A stretch of DNA of 64,000 nt from Syntrophales bacterium (GTDB lineage Bacteria; Desulfobacterota; Syntrophia; Syntrophales; UBA2210): positions 352,001-416,000 of the forward strand of contig CAXXKT010000001.1 in assembly GCA_963662405.2 (NCBI GenBank), read 5' to 3'. The notes below the pieces were generated by a model. That model was given only the letters and a program-made list of their open reading frames with translations, was not told the origin of the DNA and made no database searches. The translations under genes and the position numbers were made by a program. Positions 41,203-50,075 of this stretch are shown here, piece after piece. The stretch's first letter is position 1; the number at the start of each line of letters is the position of its first letter.

Positions 41203-42033
41203 TCATGCCGCAGCCTGTCCCTGTGGTAATGATTCAAAATAAACCATAGCCGGTGTCTTCCTGTCAAAAGTATTGTGCCACCGTTTCTCGTTGTAGAATT
41301 GAAAATAGTCGGTAAGCCCCTTCTTCAACTCTTTCATTGAACCGTATGCCTTCAGATAGATATCTTCGTACTTGACGCTCTTCCAGAGCCGTTCGATGAA
41401 GACATTGTCCATCCATCGACCCTTACCGTCCATGCTGACGGAGATGCCATGAGAACGAAGGACATCCGTGAATGCCTCTGAGGTAAACTGGCTGCCCTGA
41501 TCGGTGTTGAAAATATCCGGGCACCCATACGTGGAGAGAGCTTCTTCAAGCGCATCCACACAAAACGCACTGTCCGACGTATTCGACGCACGCCAGGAGA
41601 GGACCATCCGGCTCGCCCAGTCCATAACGGCTACCAGATAACAAAACCCTCGTTCCATGGGAATATACGTGATATCGGCAGACCACACGTGGTTGGGACG
41701 GGTGATATCAAGTCCCCGCAACAGATACGGATATATCGGGTGCTGGGGATGCTTTATCGATAATCTCGGCTTGATGTACAACGCCTCGATCCCCATGCGA
41801 CGCATCAAACGACGTACCTTGTCACGGCTGATATCATACCCTCTCTTCCACAGTTCGTTGCGAATCTTCCGACTCCCATAGAAGGGATACTGAAGATGAA
41901 TCTCATCAATCTGACGCATCAGCTCCAGATCCTTCGCGCTGACCGGAACCGGAGAGTAATAAACACTCGATCGGGACAGATCCAAGAGTTCGCATTGACG
42001 GGTTATGGGCACACTCTTTTCTCTCTTGATCAT
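41203..42033 (-). CDS. IS3 transposase OrfB (DDE)
   Basis: WSADITY, NTDQGSQF, DNVFIERLW. Confidence 0.95.
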   Translation of the reverse strand: MIKREKSVPITRQCELLDLSRSSVYYSPVPVSAKDLELMRQIDEIHLQYPFYGSRKIRNELWKRGYDISRDKVRRLMRRMGIEALYIKPRLSIKHPQHPIYPYLLRGLDITRPNHVWSADITYIPMERGFCYLVAVMDWASRMVLSWRASNTSDSAFCVDALEEALSTYGCPDIFNTDQGSQFTSEAFTDVLRSHGISVSMDGKGRWMDNVFIERLWKSVKYEDIYLKAYGSMKELKKGLTDYFQFYNEKRWHNTFDRKTPAMVYFESLPQGQAAA

Positions 42034-42332
42034 CGCTTTGCGCTCGCTCCGTTGATGCGACCGAGCGCATGTGATAAAAAATCATTCTCCATCGATAACT
42101 GCCCGATCTTGGCGTGAAGTTCTTTCACATCCGGACCCTGGTTGTCCTTATGACCCTTGCCAAATACGTCCGATGCATGATCCAGCAACTGCTTCTTCCA
42201 TGCGGTAATCTGGTTTGGGTGAACCTGGTACCGCTCGGCAAGCTCAACGATCGTCTGGTCCCCTTTCAAGGCCTCCAATGCTACCTTCGCCTTGAAGGAC
42301 GGTGCATGGTTCCTCCGTGGTCTTTTGCTCAT
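42030..42332 (-). CDS. IS3 transposase OrfA (HTH)
   Basis: FKAKVALEA..ELAERYQVHPNQI; TTTTTTA slippery site at ENDFL. Confidence 0.93.
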   Translation of the reverse strand: MSKRPRRNHAPSFKAKVALEALKGDQTIVELAERYQVHPNQITAWKKQLLDHASDVFGKGHKDNQGPDVKELHAKIGQLSMENDFLSHALGRINGASAKR

Positions 42333-42408
42333 ATCTCTTTCCTCCTTACGTCCACTATAGAGCAACTTGCCCACTTATGCACCTGTCCAAATTTGCCCGA
42401 CCAGCTCT

Positions 42409-42516
42409 TAGCGTAGCGGAAAAACAGAGAGGGAAAAGATAGGTTGCCTAGGGTGAAGATGGTTAGAGGAAGGATTAATGCTTTGTCCGTGATAAAATAG
42501 CGTTCCCTAATAATAA
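42409..42516. repeat. diverged repeat copy 2, interrupted at its start by the IS3
   Basis: Removing the IS gives AATAGCGTAG..GAGAGGGAAAAGAT..TGGTTA..TTAATGCTT..GATAAAATAGCGTTCCCTAATAAT, collinear with copies 1 and 3. Confidence 0.6.
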
Positions 42517-42541
42517 AAGAAAGAATGTTTCTAATTCCCAA

Positions 42542-42949
42542 TTATTTAACAAGAGACGGATCTTTTAAAATTAACTTAATGTCGTCATAATTGGCGCGAA
42601 ATATCTGTCTTCTGCGGCTTCCATTGAAGTGTTGCTTCAGTTCATCCCGAAACGAAAATCTTTTTTCAGTTGTTGGCCTTGTGCAAAGGATATCATTACT
42701 TAGTAACTCTATTTGGCACTGATATTCCAATCTTTTGATAATTTTTTCATCATAAAAGTCTTCGTTGATATTCTCTCCCTTCTTACCAGCTTTAAATACT
42801 CCCATGATTTGTTTGACACCGGTGCGATAGTAAATAATGTAGTCACCTTCTGATACCAAATCCATTTGCGCTTTATTCCAGAATCCAATAAGATTTTTAT
42901 CGATATCCCATAATTTCTCTTGGTGTACCACAAACCATATAGCTTTCAT
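42542..42949 (-). CDS. EVE/PUA-like domain protein
   Basis: W-F-V-V start, W...GFW, GDYIIYY, IMGVFKA pattern; AT-rich. Confidence 0.6.
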   Translation of the reverse strand: MKAIWFVVHQEKLWDIDKNLIGFWNKAQMDLVSEGDYIIYYRTGVKQIMGVFKAGKKGENINEDFYDEKIIKRLEYQCQIELLSNDILCTRPTTEKRFSFRDELKQHFNGSRRRQIFRANYDDIKLILKDPSLVK

Positions 42950-42999
42950 TTTTGCTCCTGCAAAACGGGGATAATTTACTCTAAGCATCTATGGGAGCT

Positions 43000-44256
43000 T
43001 TAAGGCATTGTTTTGTCAACCAATTTATTCAACAGTTTGTACAATTCGTTTTCTTTGCTTGTCCAAAATCTGAACGGGGCAAATCCAATTCTATTACCTT
43101 TCACTTCCTGCTTCTTTAGATCAACATTTTCTCGAACCCGTTCCGAGTAATATGGTTCATCATATATCTTTTTGAGTGAATCCATTGAAAATTCGAGAAT
43201 TCGCTCTTCATATTTGGATAAATCGAAGTTCCTCCTTAAGAGTTCAGTATGAGCTTCTATAGACAACGCTACCGTAGTCTTAAAAGCATAACGTTCATGA
43301 GACTTGCGAATAGAGCTGAACTGCGAAACGCAGAAAAAAAGATAGTAAGCTATTGGGAGTGTGTAAAGGAATCTAAGATAAAATTCATATGATAAATTCT
43401 GAATACTCCAGTTGTTACACCAAATTTGTCCAACTAAAATCAAAAGTATTAACAAAAACCAAATAACTGACAAAGAACGCACGCTTGTATACCATTTACC
43501 AAGCTCGTTAAAGAGGGCTTTACGACGCTCATCAAATGCACCGGCCATTGTTTTGTTTGTGGCAATTTCATATAAATTAGAGATTTTGTTGTTTGTCTCT
43601 GTGGCTTCACTCAAGATGGCCTGTATTAGTTCATTAGAATTTTCTGATTTTTCAAGTAGACTATTGATCTTGTTGGAGTGCTCTTGACATATTTTGAGTA
43701 TTTTATCGATTTCAGAATGAGATAATTGCGTTTCCTCTAACTTGGACTTCATTAAGCTTAATAGATCTTTGGCTTTGTCAACATTGATATTAATATTATC
43801 AAGGCCAATAGAGATAAGCTCTTCATTGTTTCTTGCTTTAGCCTCTATTGATTTTATGGATGCCGATATTTTTCTTATCGACTGAATGGTGGCCCTAAAT
43901 TCCGTATTTACTTCTTTTATCCGTTTTTTTCTCTCCTCTAAATCCTTTCGAAAAGTGTCTGCTTCAGCTAGTGCTTTTTTTAACCCTGTTTTTCGGTTCA
44001 AGATTTTCTCACGAAGGGGAAGGAACGATTCTTTATAAAATGTTTCTGCACGTTCAAGCTTCTGAGAAATAAGTCTTTGCTCTCTTCGATATTTTTTAAG
44101 AACAAAATTCGCATCCGTTTGAATTTTATTTAGCTGATCAATAAGGGATTTAATTTGTTTGTCTTTTTTAGATAGGTTTTGACTGGTACGTTGAGCTTCC
44201 GAGTATATAGATTTTATCTCATCAAGTTGTTGCATGGCTTTTTCTTTTTTGTTCAT
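43000..44256 (-). CDS. long coiled-coil protein with two C-terminal TM helices
   Basis: ~230 aa heptad-rich region, AGAFDER, two hydrophobic helices, YAFKT; AT-rich. Confidence 0.8.
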   Translation of the reverse strand: MNKKEKAMQQLDEIKSIYSEAQRTSQNLSKKDKQIKSLIDQLNKIQTDANFVLKKYRREQRLISQKLERAETFYKESFLPLREKILNRKTGLKKALAEADTFRKDLEERKKRIKEVNTEFRATIQSIRKISASIKSIEAKARNNEELISIGLDNININVDKAKDLLSLMKSKLEETQLSHSEIDKILKICQEHSNKINSLLEKSENSNELIQAILSEATETNNKISNLYEIATNKTMAGAFDERRKALFNELGKWYTSVRSLSVIWFLLILLILVGQIWCNNWSIQNLSYEFYLRFLYTLPIAYYLFFCVSQFSSIRKSHERYAFKTTVALSIEAHTELLRRNFDLSKYEERILEFSMDSLKKIYDEPYYSERVRENVDLKKQEVKGNRIGFAPFRFWTSKENELYKLLNKLVDKTMP

Positions 44257-44289
44257 CGCAAATCTCCCAATCAATAAGAGTGCTGTGAA

Positions 44290-44328
44290 TAAAAAAGCCC
44301 CATCTCTCGTTTTGAGAAACAGGGCTTT
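44290..44328 (-). terminator. intrinsic terminator-like hairpin upstream of the coiled-coil gene
   Basis: AAAGCCC...GGGCTTT stem followed by a T run on the minus strand. Confidence 0.6.
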
Positions 44329-44500
44329 CGATGATCAGACCATAATCCCCCCTCGGTTATTACAGCTGTTCAGAAGCTAATCAGAAAAACACAATCAAGA
44401 TCAAAACATGAAAAACCACTACCTCCCTTACGCCATCCTGTCAAGTAGTATTGTCCGTTTCCTCGGCTTCCCGCGCCGGCAGGGGGCCGAGTGCGGCCCC

Positions 44501-45613
44501 CTATGTACTTCTCATGACAAACCGGTCCCGCCCCGCATCCTTTGCTTCATAGAGCGCCTGATCCGCCGAGTGGACCAGATCATCGAAATCCAGGTCCCCT
44601 GGTGAATCGGTACATATCGCCCCGATAGAAACGGTAATCCGATTAAAGGGACTGGCTTCATGGGGATACGAGAGATCTCTGGTCCCCCGGATGATTTGTT
44701 CCGCCATCTGTTTCACCGTCTCCGCGGAGGTCGATGAAAAGATAATGGCAAACTCTTCCCCTCCGTAACGAAAGACAAAATCGGTCTGTCGTCTGACCTG
44801 GGAGGCAAGCATCCGCGAGAAGGCTACCAGCAGGGTGTCACCGGCCTGATGGCCGTAGGTGTCATTGTACTTCTTGAAATAATCGATATCCGCCATGATG
44901 AACCCGATCGCCAAACCGGTACGTCGGTGCTGCTTGACGATATGGGGGATCACTTCGTCCATGTAGCGGCGATTGTAGAGACCTGTGAGGGTGTCCTTTA
45001 TGGCACGTTCGTTCAACTCTCCCATTATTCCTTCCAGCTTTTTCTGGGCGGAGAGGCGTGTCCGCTCAAACACCAGCGTAAAAAGGGTAACGCCGAGATA
45101 ACTGTAGAAAATACGCAGTATCTTTCCCCCGGAATAGTGAACGAATATCGGGATATGATCGGAAAATGCGTTCACGAACAGAGAAAGGAGGATAATCGAT
45201 AGAGAGAAAAAGGTTCCCAGGCCTGTTCCGAGAAGAAAGAGGGAAATCAGCGGGAAGAGATAATACCAGACAAAGACCATCTGGTTCCCCGCCCCGCTAT
45301 GAAACAGGAACATCAAAAAGACCTGAAGGCAGGAGATGCTCACAATGCTGTAGAGCCGCAGCCGTTTTCCCGTGCGGACGAAGAAAAAAAGAACGATAAG
45401 GAAGACACCGAAACAGAGATTGAGGAGGGCATAAAAGCGCGATTCCTCGATAACCAGGAGGAAGCTCATCATGACAAGAAAGACCACCCCGAGCAGCGTC
45501 AGGGCGTACAGCATGATCCGCTTGCGCAGTTCTTCGCTCTCCTCGATTGTTTCGGAGGGATGAACCGGGAGATTAAATATTTTTTTCAGCAATATGTCTT
45601 TTAAGTGAAGCAT
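44501..45613 (-). CDS. membrane-bound diguanylate cyclase
   Basis: 5-6 TMs, DTLTGLYNRR, RQTD I-site, GGEEF. Confidence 0.92.
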   Translation of the reverse strand: MLHLKDILLKKIFNLPVHPSETIEESEELRKRIMLYALTLLGVVFLVMMSFLLVIEESRFYALLNLCFGVFLIVLFFFVRTGKRLRLYSIVSISCLQVFLMFLFHSGAGNQMVFVWYYLFPLISLFLLGTGLGTFFSLSIILLSLFVNAFSDHIPIFVHYSGGKILRIFYSYLGVTLFTLVFERTRLSAQKKLEGIMGELNERAIKDTLTGLYNRRYMDEVIPHIVKQHRRTGLAIGFIMADIDYFKKYNDTYGHQAGDTLLVAFSRMLASQVRRQTDFVFRYGGEEFAIIFSSTSAETVKQMAEQIIRGTRDLSYPHEASPFNRITVSIGAICTDSPGDLDFDDLVHSADQALYEAKDAGRDRFVMRST

Positions 45614-45858
45614 CTTCTGAACTGCGGATGGCCTGTGTTTGATTTTGGAAAATATGTAAGTGAGTTTTGCATCATGCGTGTATGATACAAAGAAAGGTGT
45701 TCTTTAATCAACATCACGGTTGAGACTTCTGCCGGGAGCTTTTTGAAACCATAAGGAACGGGAAAACTCAGAAGATAAACAGGGAAAAGCGTCCTCTAAC
45801 TATAAAAGCTCTATCGTTTTTTGAAAAACAAAACTCTTGATTATCAAACCATACTCCT

Positions 45859-45976
45859 ACCACCCGGTCAAGGGAATAGCGTAGTGACGGGAGAGGGGAA
45901 TAGATCGAATATGACATCTGGCACTAAGCATTTGTTATTGTTTTATCTTTAATAAATAGGCGCTGTCCCTATTTAT
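45859..45976. repeat. ~110-120 bp dispersed repeat, copy 3
   Basis: Ends in perfect hairpin ATAAATAGG-CGCTGTC-CCTATTTAT (45952-45976). Confidence 0.85.
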
Positions 45977-45977
45977 G

Positions 45978-46598
45978 CTATTTATGGTGACGCTCAATGA
46001 CGAAATGACACATAGGCGCGCCGTCCACAATACGATTTCCAATGCCGTTGCGGTGGAAGGTCAATTCTTCCGGAAGATAGGTATTGAAAATCGCGTTATC
46101 AACCTCGCACATCAGCCTCGTCAATTCGGGGATTCCGAGGGAAGTGTAGAGCTCATGAAACATGCACTTGTAAACACGAAACTCGTATCTGCAATCGCTT
46201 TGTTCCAGGATTTCCATTGTGTTCCAGCGCGTGGGGCCTTCCTGGTTGGTGCGCTGCTGGTACTGTATCAGGTTGTCGAAGGTGCGCGGGGCCTCCACGT
46301 TCCGAAAATTTCCCTGCTGGACTGCCAGCCCGACAGGAAGGACAAAGGCCCGCACAATCTCATATGCTAATTTCTGCCCGACCCGTTTTTTGAGCCGCAT
46401 ATACATCCATGTCTGCAACGCGGTGATTTCAACAAACTCCCTGGGTATATCCCCGGGCAGTTGTTTTTTGAATCCCGGCAGGGTGAAAAGGGTCGATAAT
46501 AAAAACCACAAAGGATTCCTGATATACCCCTGCAATATGCCGAACGCCATCAGTGCCTTATTGGCCTTTCCCGGTTGATCAATATTTGTCTTCAGCAT
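45978..46598 (-). CDS. L-2-amino-thiazoline-4-carboxylic acid hydrolase-like protein
   Basis: FRVYKCMFHE..LGIPEL..MCEVD..GAPMCHF pattern; AAGGAG RBS. Confidence 0.7.
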   Translation of the reverse strand: MLKTNIDQPGKANKALMAFGILQGYIRNPLWFLLSTLFTLPGFKKQLPGDIPREFVEITALQTWMYMRLKKRVGQKLAYEIVRAFVLPVGLAVQQGNFRNVEAPRTFDNLIQYQQRTNQEGPTRWNTMEILEQSDCRYEFRVYKCMFHELYTSLGIPELTRLMCEVDNAIFNTYLPEELTFHRNGIGNRIVDGAPMCHFVIERHHK

Positions 46599-46726
46599 GT
46601 GCGATCTCCTTGTTTTCATTAAACCCTTCGTAGACAAAGCGAATTCCGGATTGTATTGCCGTGAACGAACAGGCAGGAGGAGAATATGAGGTCCTCTCCA
46701 CACCTGCCCGCTTCCTCGCCGTGCCC

Positions 46727-47485
46727 CTATCCTCGGAGCGCGTCCATGATCGACCGTGCCTTCCGGAAGATAAACGGTTTCATGAGTCGTTTAAGGAAAC
46801 AGACGTGCTCCTCTTCCCACGCGAGGAGGGGTTCGAGCGTGTCCCCGTGAAACGACGGTCTGTCCGTCGCCTCCCAGAATTCCTGGGTCCCCTTCATCCC
46901 TTCCGGCAAAAAGTCGGTTTTGTAGGCCGTGACGATCTCCGGATACCGGCCGAAGTTTATCTTCCTGTCCAGGCAGATGTCGTACAGTTCTTGGTCGAAG
47001 GACGGGTCAAAGGAACGCCACGTTCCCCGATACCTGATTTCCACCACCGTGTGCGGAAAGGGATCGGCCCACCTCTCATAGATGTAAGAGGGGAGAAAAT
47101 CCTCCAGCGCCTGTTTGTGGACATAGACGAAGCGGAAACGGGTCTGAAATCCGGCCCGGCGCGCCATCGCGGAGAGCAGGTTCGCCTTCTGCATGCAGAC
47201 GCCGAAACCGTTTTGCAGGACCTCCTCCGCCGGGATGTTCTGCGGATAGATCCAGTTGAAATCAATCTCATCACGGACATACAGGAAAAGCCTTTCGAGC
47301 TTTTCCGTATCCGTTGACGCCCCCGCGATCACCTCCTCCGTTGTCGATGGTATGTCCCGTTCCGGATACTGTGGTTGAACGCTCCCCGCGCATGCCGATA
47401 GGGCGACGCAGGTGACGGCAACCACCAGCAGGCGTACGGTAAACCCTGCCAGTTGTTTTATGCTGTTTGCTGTGTTGTTTTTCAT
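46727..47485 (-). CDS. transglutaminase-like lipoprotein
   Basis: LSAC lipobox; GVCMQKA, HTVVE, FDPS (Cys-His-Asp); AGGAGG RBS. Confidence 0.85.
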   Translation of the reverse strand: MKNNTANSIKQLAGFTVRLLVVAVTCVALSACAGSVQPQYPERDIPSTTEEVIAGASTDTEKLERLFLYVRDEIDFNWIYPQNIPAEEVLQNGFGVCMQKANLLSAMARRAGFQTRFRFVYVHKQALEDFLPSYIYERWADPFPHTVVEIRYRGTWRSFDPSFDQELYDICLDRKINFGRYPEIVTAYKTDFLPEGMKGTQEFWEATDRPSFHGDTLEPLLAWEEEHVCFLKRLMKPFIFRKARSIMDALRG

Positions 47486-47511
47486 CAGAGCCTCCTGTCT
47501 CGTCATCCATG

Positions 47512-47524
47512 TTAACCAGGTTAA
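47512..47524. promoter_or_regulatory. palindromic operator TTAACCAGGTTAA (copy 1)
   Basis: Identical to 48000-48012. Confidence 0.75.
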
Positions 47525-47542
47525 TCTTATGGTTAAAATTTT

Positions 47543-47989
47543 TTACTTCCCGGCGATGTCCCTGATTTTTTGAAAATAGTCCCTGATAACCTGATAGTCC
47601 TTTTCCGGGAGGGCCGATTCTATCTCGAAGAGCGGTCCGAACGTCCGATCCTCGAATTCCTGATGCCCGAGGGCGGCGGTCTGTCCTTTCCCGGTCAGGT
47701 TGAAGATGACTTCACGATTGTTATCGACCCGTTTGCTCTTGAACAGGTAGCCCATCTTGACCAGCTTGGCGACGAACTTTGACGCGGCGGCCTTGGAGAT
47801 GGAGAGCCGCGCGGCCAGTTCCGTCAGGTTGCAGCCGGGCGATTCGCCGACCGCCACGACGGTATGGATGTGGGAGGCATACAGGAGATCGCCGGTTCCA
47901 TAGTCCCGGGGCGTGCTTTCCAACTCCTGGAGATAGAGATGGGACATATAAATCATATCGAGGATGCGTTCGCGGTTTTGGATGTCCAT
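47543..47989 (-). CDS. MarR-family regulator
   Basis: NLTELAARLSISKAAAS, DNNREV..LTGKG. Confidence 0.9.
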   Translation of the reverse strand: MDIQNRERILDMIYMSHLYLQELESTPRDYGTGDLLYASHIHTVVAVGESPGCNLTELAARLSISKAAASKFVAKLVKMGYLFKSKRVDNNREVIFNLTGKGQTAALGHQEFEDRTFGPLFEIESALPEKDYQVIRDYFQKIRDIAGK

Positions 47990-47996
47990 GGCGGGC

Positions 47997-48025
47997 ATAT
48001 TAACCAGGTTAACAATACGTGTCAA
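47997..48025 (-). promoter_or_regulatory. marR promoter with operator in the spacer
   Basis: TTGACA 48025-48020, 17 bp, TAATAT 48002-47997; TTAACCAGGTTAA 48000-48012. Confidence 0.8.
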
Positions 48026-48408
48026 GCAAAAAGAGATGGCATGGCGAGAGCGTGCTCCGTGGCGGACAGATCCGTTGCCGGTGACACCGCTTTGGGCCTT
48101 TTCCCCGTGCCTTCCAGACGTCTCCGAAAGAACAGCATTTGAACGGACCGTAAAAGATGATATGATATTCTCATCAAGAGGGTTCATATGCCGCCAGTCA
48201 ACATAAAAAAGGTGGGGAATATATGGATGAGAAAAAGGCGGCTCTGCGTTTTAATCAGAAACCGGCGAATATGGCAAGCCTGGCACTGAAGATCCGGGAT
48301 GTCCTCGGAGACACAGTCAACGTGTGATCGAATCCCGACGCTTCCGTTTTTCAGGGTACAACCGTTATCCCTCTTTTTGCGCCAATGCGAACCAGGGGAG
48401 GTTGCCGT

Positions 48409-48891
48409 ATGAGCGACATCGAAAGGGTCAAGCCCCAACCGGCACCTGATTTCGAGATTGTCGACAGCGAGGGACGACCGCTCAGGTTTTCCAGTTATAA
48501 GGGGAACAGGCATGTCGTCCTCATCTTCAACCGCGGTTTTACCTGACCCTACTGCCGGAGGCACATGGCGCAGGTGTGCCGGGACTACCCGAAATTCGTA
48601 AAAAGGGATGCCGAGGTCATCGCCATCGGCCCGGAGAAGCCGCAGGCATTCGCCGACTGGTGGCGCGAACATGCCATGCCGTTCCCCGGACTGGCCGACC
48701 CGGAACACACGGTATCGAAGTTGTACGGACAGGAGGTCAGGTTCTTCAAGCTGGGACGCATGCCGGCACAACTGATTATCGACAAGAACGGGATGATTCG
48801 CTACCGGCATTATGGCAATTCAATGAAGGACATAGCCGAAAACAGTGACCTGTTGTCCAAACTCGATGAGTTGAATCAGGAAGAAAGGTAA
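48409..48891 (+). CDS. AhpC/TSA peroxiredoxin-like selenoprotein (UxxC)
   Basis: ATG 48409 after GGGAGG; PAPDFEI..VVLIFNRGFT-TGA(48544)-PYC; hairpin 48560-48580. Confidence 0.85.
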
Positions 48892-48900
48892 TTTTATTCA

Positions 48901-49098
48901 CCGGGGAGGGAGGCAGGGCTTGCCGCATCGGTCGCCAAGATCGGCGCGGTCCTGACGGCGTTTCTCTTTCCCGTGCTGCTGCGGAATATCGGTACGGAGG
49001 CGCTTTTATACATCTTCATGGGGGCCTTGCTGCCCGGCGCAGTGATTACCGGGGTCTTTCGCATCGAGACGGCAGGGGTCAATCTGGAGACACTGTGA
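48901..49098 (+). pseudogene. C-terminal fragment of an MFS transporter
   Basis: AGLAASVAKIGAVLTAFLFP...FRIETAGVNLETL*; no start codon. Confidence 0.7.
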
Positions 49099-49413
49099 AG
49101 GGCAACAAATCGCCTCCGCCACGTTATGCAATACCCCGGTTCGGAATAATTCAGACAGGATTTTCATTTTCTCCGAGCGGCGCCACATAATAGGACTGCC
49201 CCGAGTTGCTTCCGGGAAAGAGCGATTGACAAAAAATCGCGGCGTGTGCTAGGGCTCGATGCCGAGAGCCGAGCTTCATCGGCAGTTGCCTGCCCTTTTC
49301 TCTGTGTTTAAGGCGTGGACAGCACGCGTGGCGACGGCGTCACGAGGAAGAATCGCGATGCTCGGATTTGTGTCTCGTCATACATACGGATCCGGTGGAA
49401 AGGCGTGGGGGAG

Positions 49414-49968
49414 ATGTGGATAGATTTCAAAATTGGGTTGCTGACGATTTTCTTTATCATCATGACGGCAACTGCCGCCCAATCGCTCGAATTGACCAAG
49501 AGCTTCACCAATGATCCGGTGAACCCCGGCGGCACCGTGACCCTGGAATTCACCATCACGAATTCGGACGCCGAGGCGGCTTCGAATATTGGTTTCACAG
49601 ACGATCTGGATGCCGCCCTTCCGGGCCTCGTGGCAACCGATCTTCCCAAAAATGACATCTGCGGGGCGGGCTCCTCGCTGCCCGGCGCCGGTTTTCTCAC
49701 CTTTACCGGCGGCAGTCTGGCACCGGGCCAGTCCGTTTCCTTCGATGTTACGCTTCAGGTACCCGCAGGAGCGGCGGCCGGCACCTACCCCAACACGACA
49801 AGTGACTTGTTCCAGGCAGGCATCTCTGTTTGCGACCCGGCCACGGATTCCCTGACCGTGGGCGATCAGCCACCCTTCATTCCCACCCTGAGTCAATGGG
49901 GTATACTCATCCTGTTTTTCTTGACCGTTGCCATGGGCGTCGCGGCGATTAACCGCCGGCGGGCCTGA
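49414..49968 (+). CDS. secreted DUF11-like Ig-fold protein with IPTL-CTERM sorting signal
   Basis: Signal peptide, LTKSF..PGGTVTLEFTITN, C-terminal IPTLSQWG-TM-RRRA. Confidence 0.85.
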   Translation: MWIDFKIGLLTIFFIIMTATAAQSLELTKSFTNDPVNPGGTVTLEFTITNSDAEAASNIGFTDDLDAALPGLVATDLPKNDICGAGSSLPGAGFLTFTGGSLAPGQSVSFDVTLQVPAGAAAGTYPNTTSDLFQAGISVCDPATDSLTVGDQPPFIPTLSQWGILILFFLTVAMGVAAINRRRA

Positions 49969-50075
49969 TCTTTTATCAGATCGGAATGAAACTGTTGTGT
50001 ATGAATAGGTCATAAACAGAAACAGCTATCCCCGATGGTTCTCTTTGTTGATTGCTTGTGGTAACAAAAAATGAA

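Larger units (their letters stand above)
41135..42408 (-). mobile_element. IS3-family insertion sequence
   Basis: Imperfect IRs AGAGGTGGTCCGG..GGACAGGT / AGAGCTGGTCGGG..GGACAGGT; TAG target duplication 41132-41134 and 42409-42411. Confidence 0.9.

Noticed and set aside
41008..45976. Integron attC array
   Set aside because: No GTTRRRY/RYYYAAC cores or full-length palindromy seen; no integrase in the window
48184..48810. 208-aa minus-strand ORF
   Set aside because: Shadow of the selenoprotein gene
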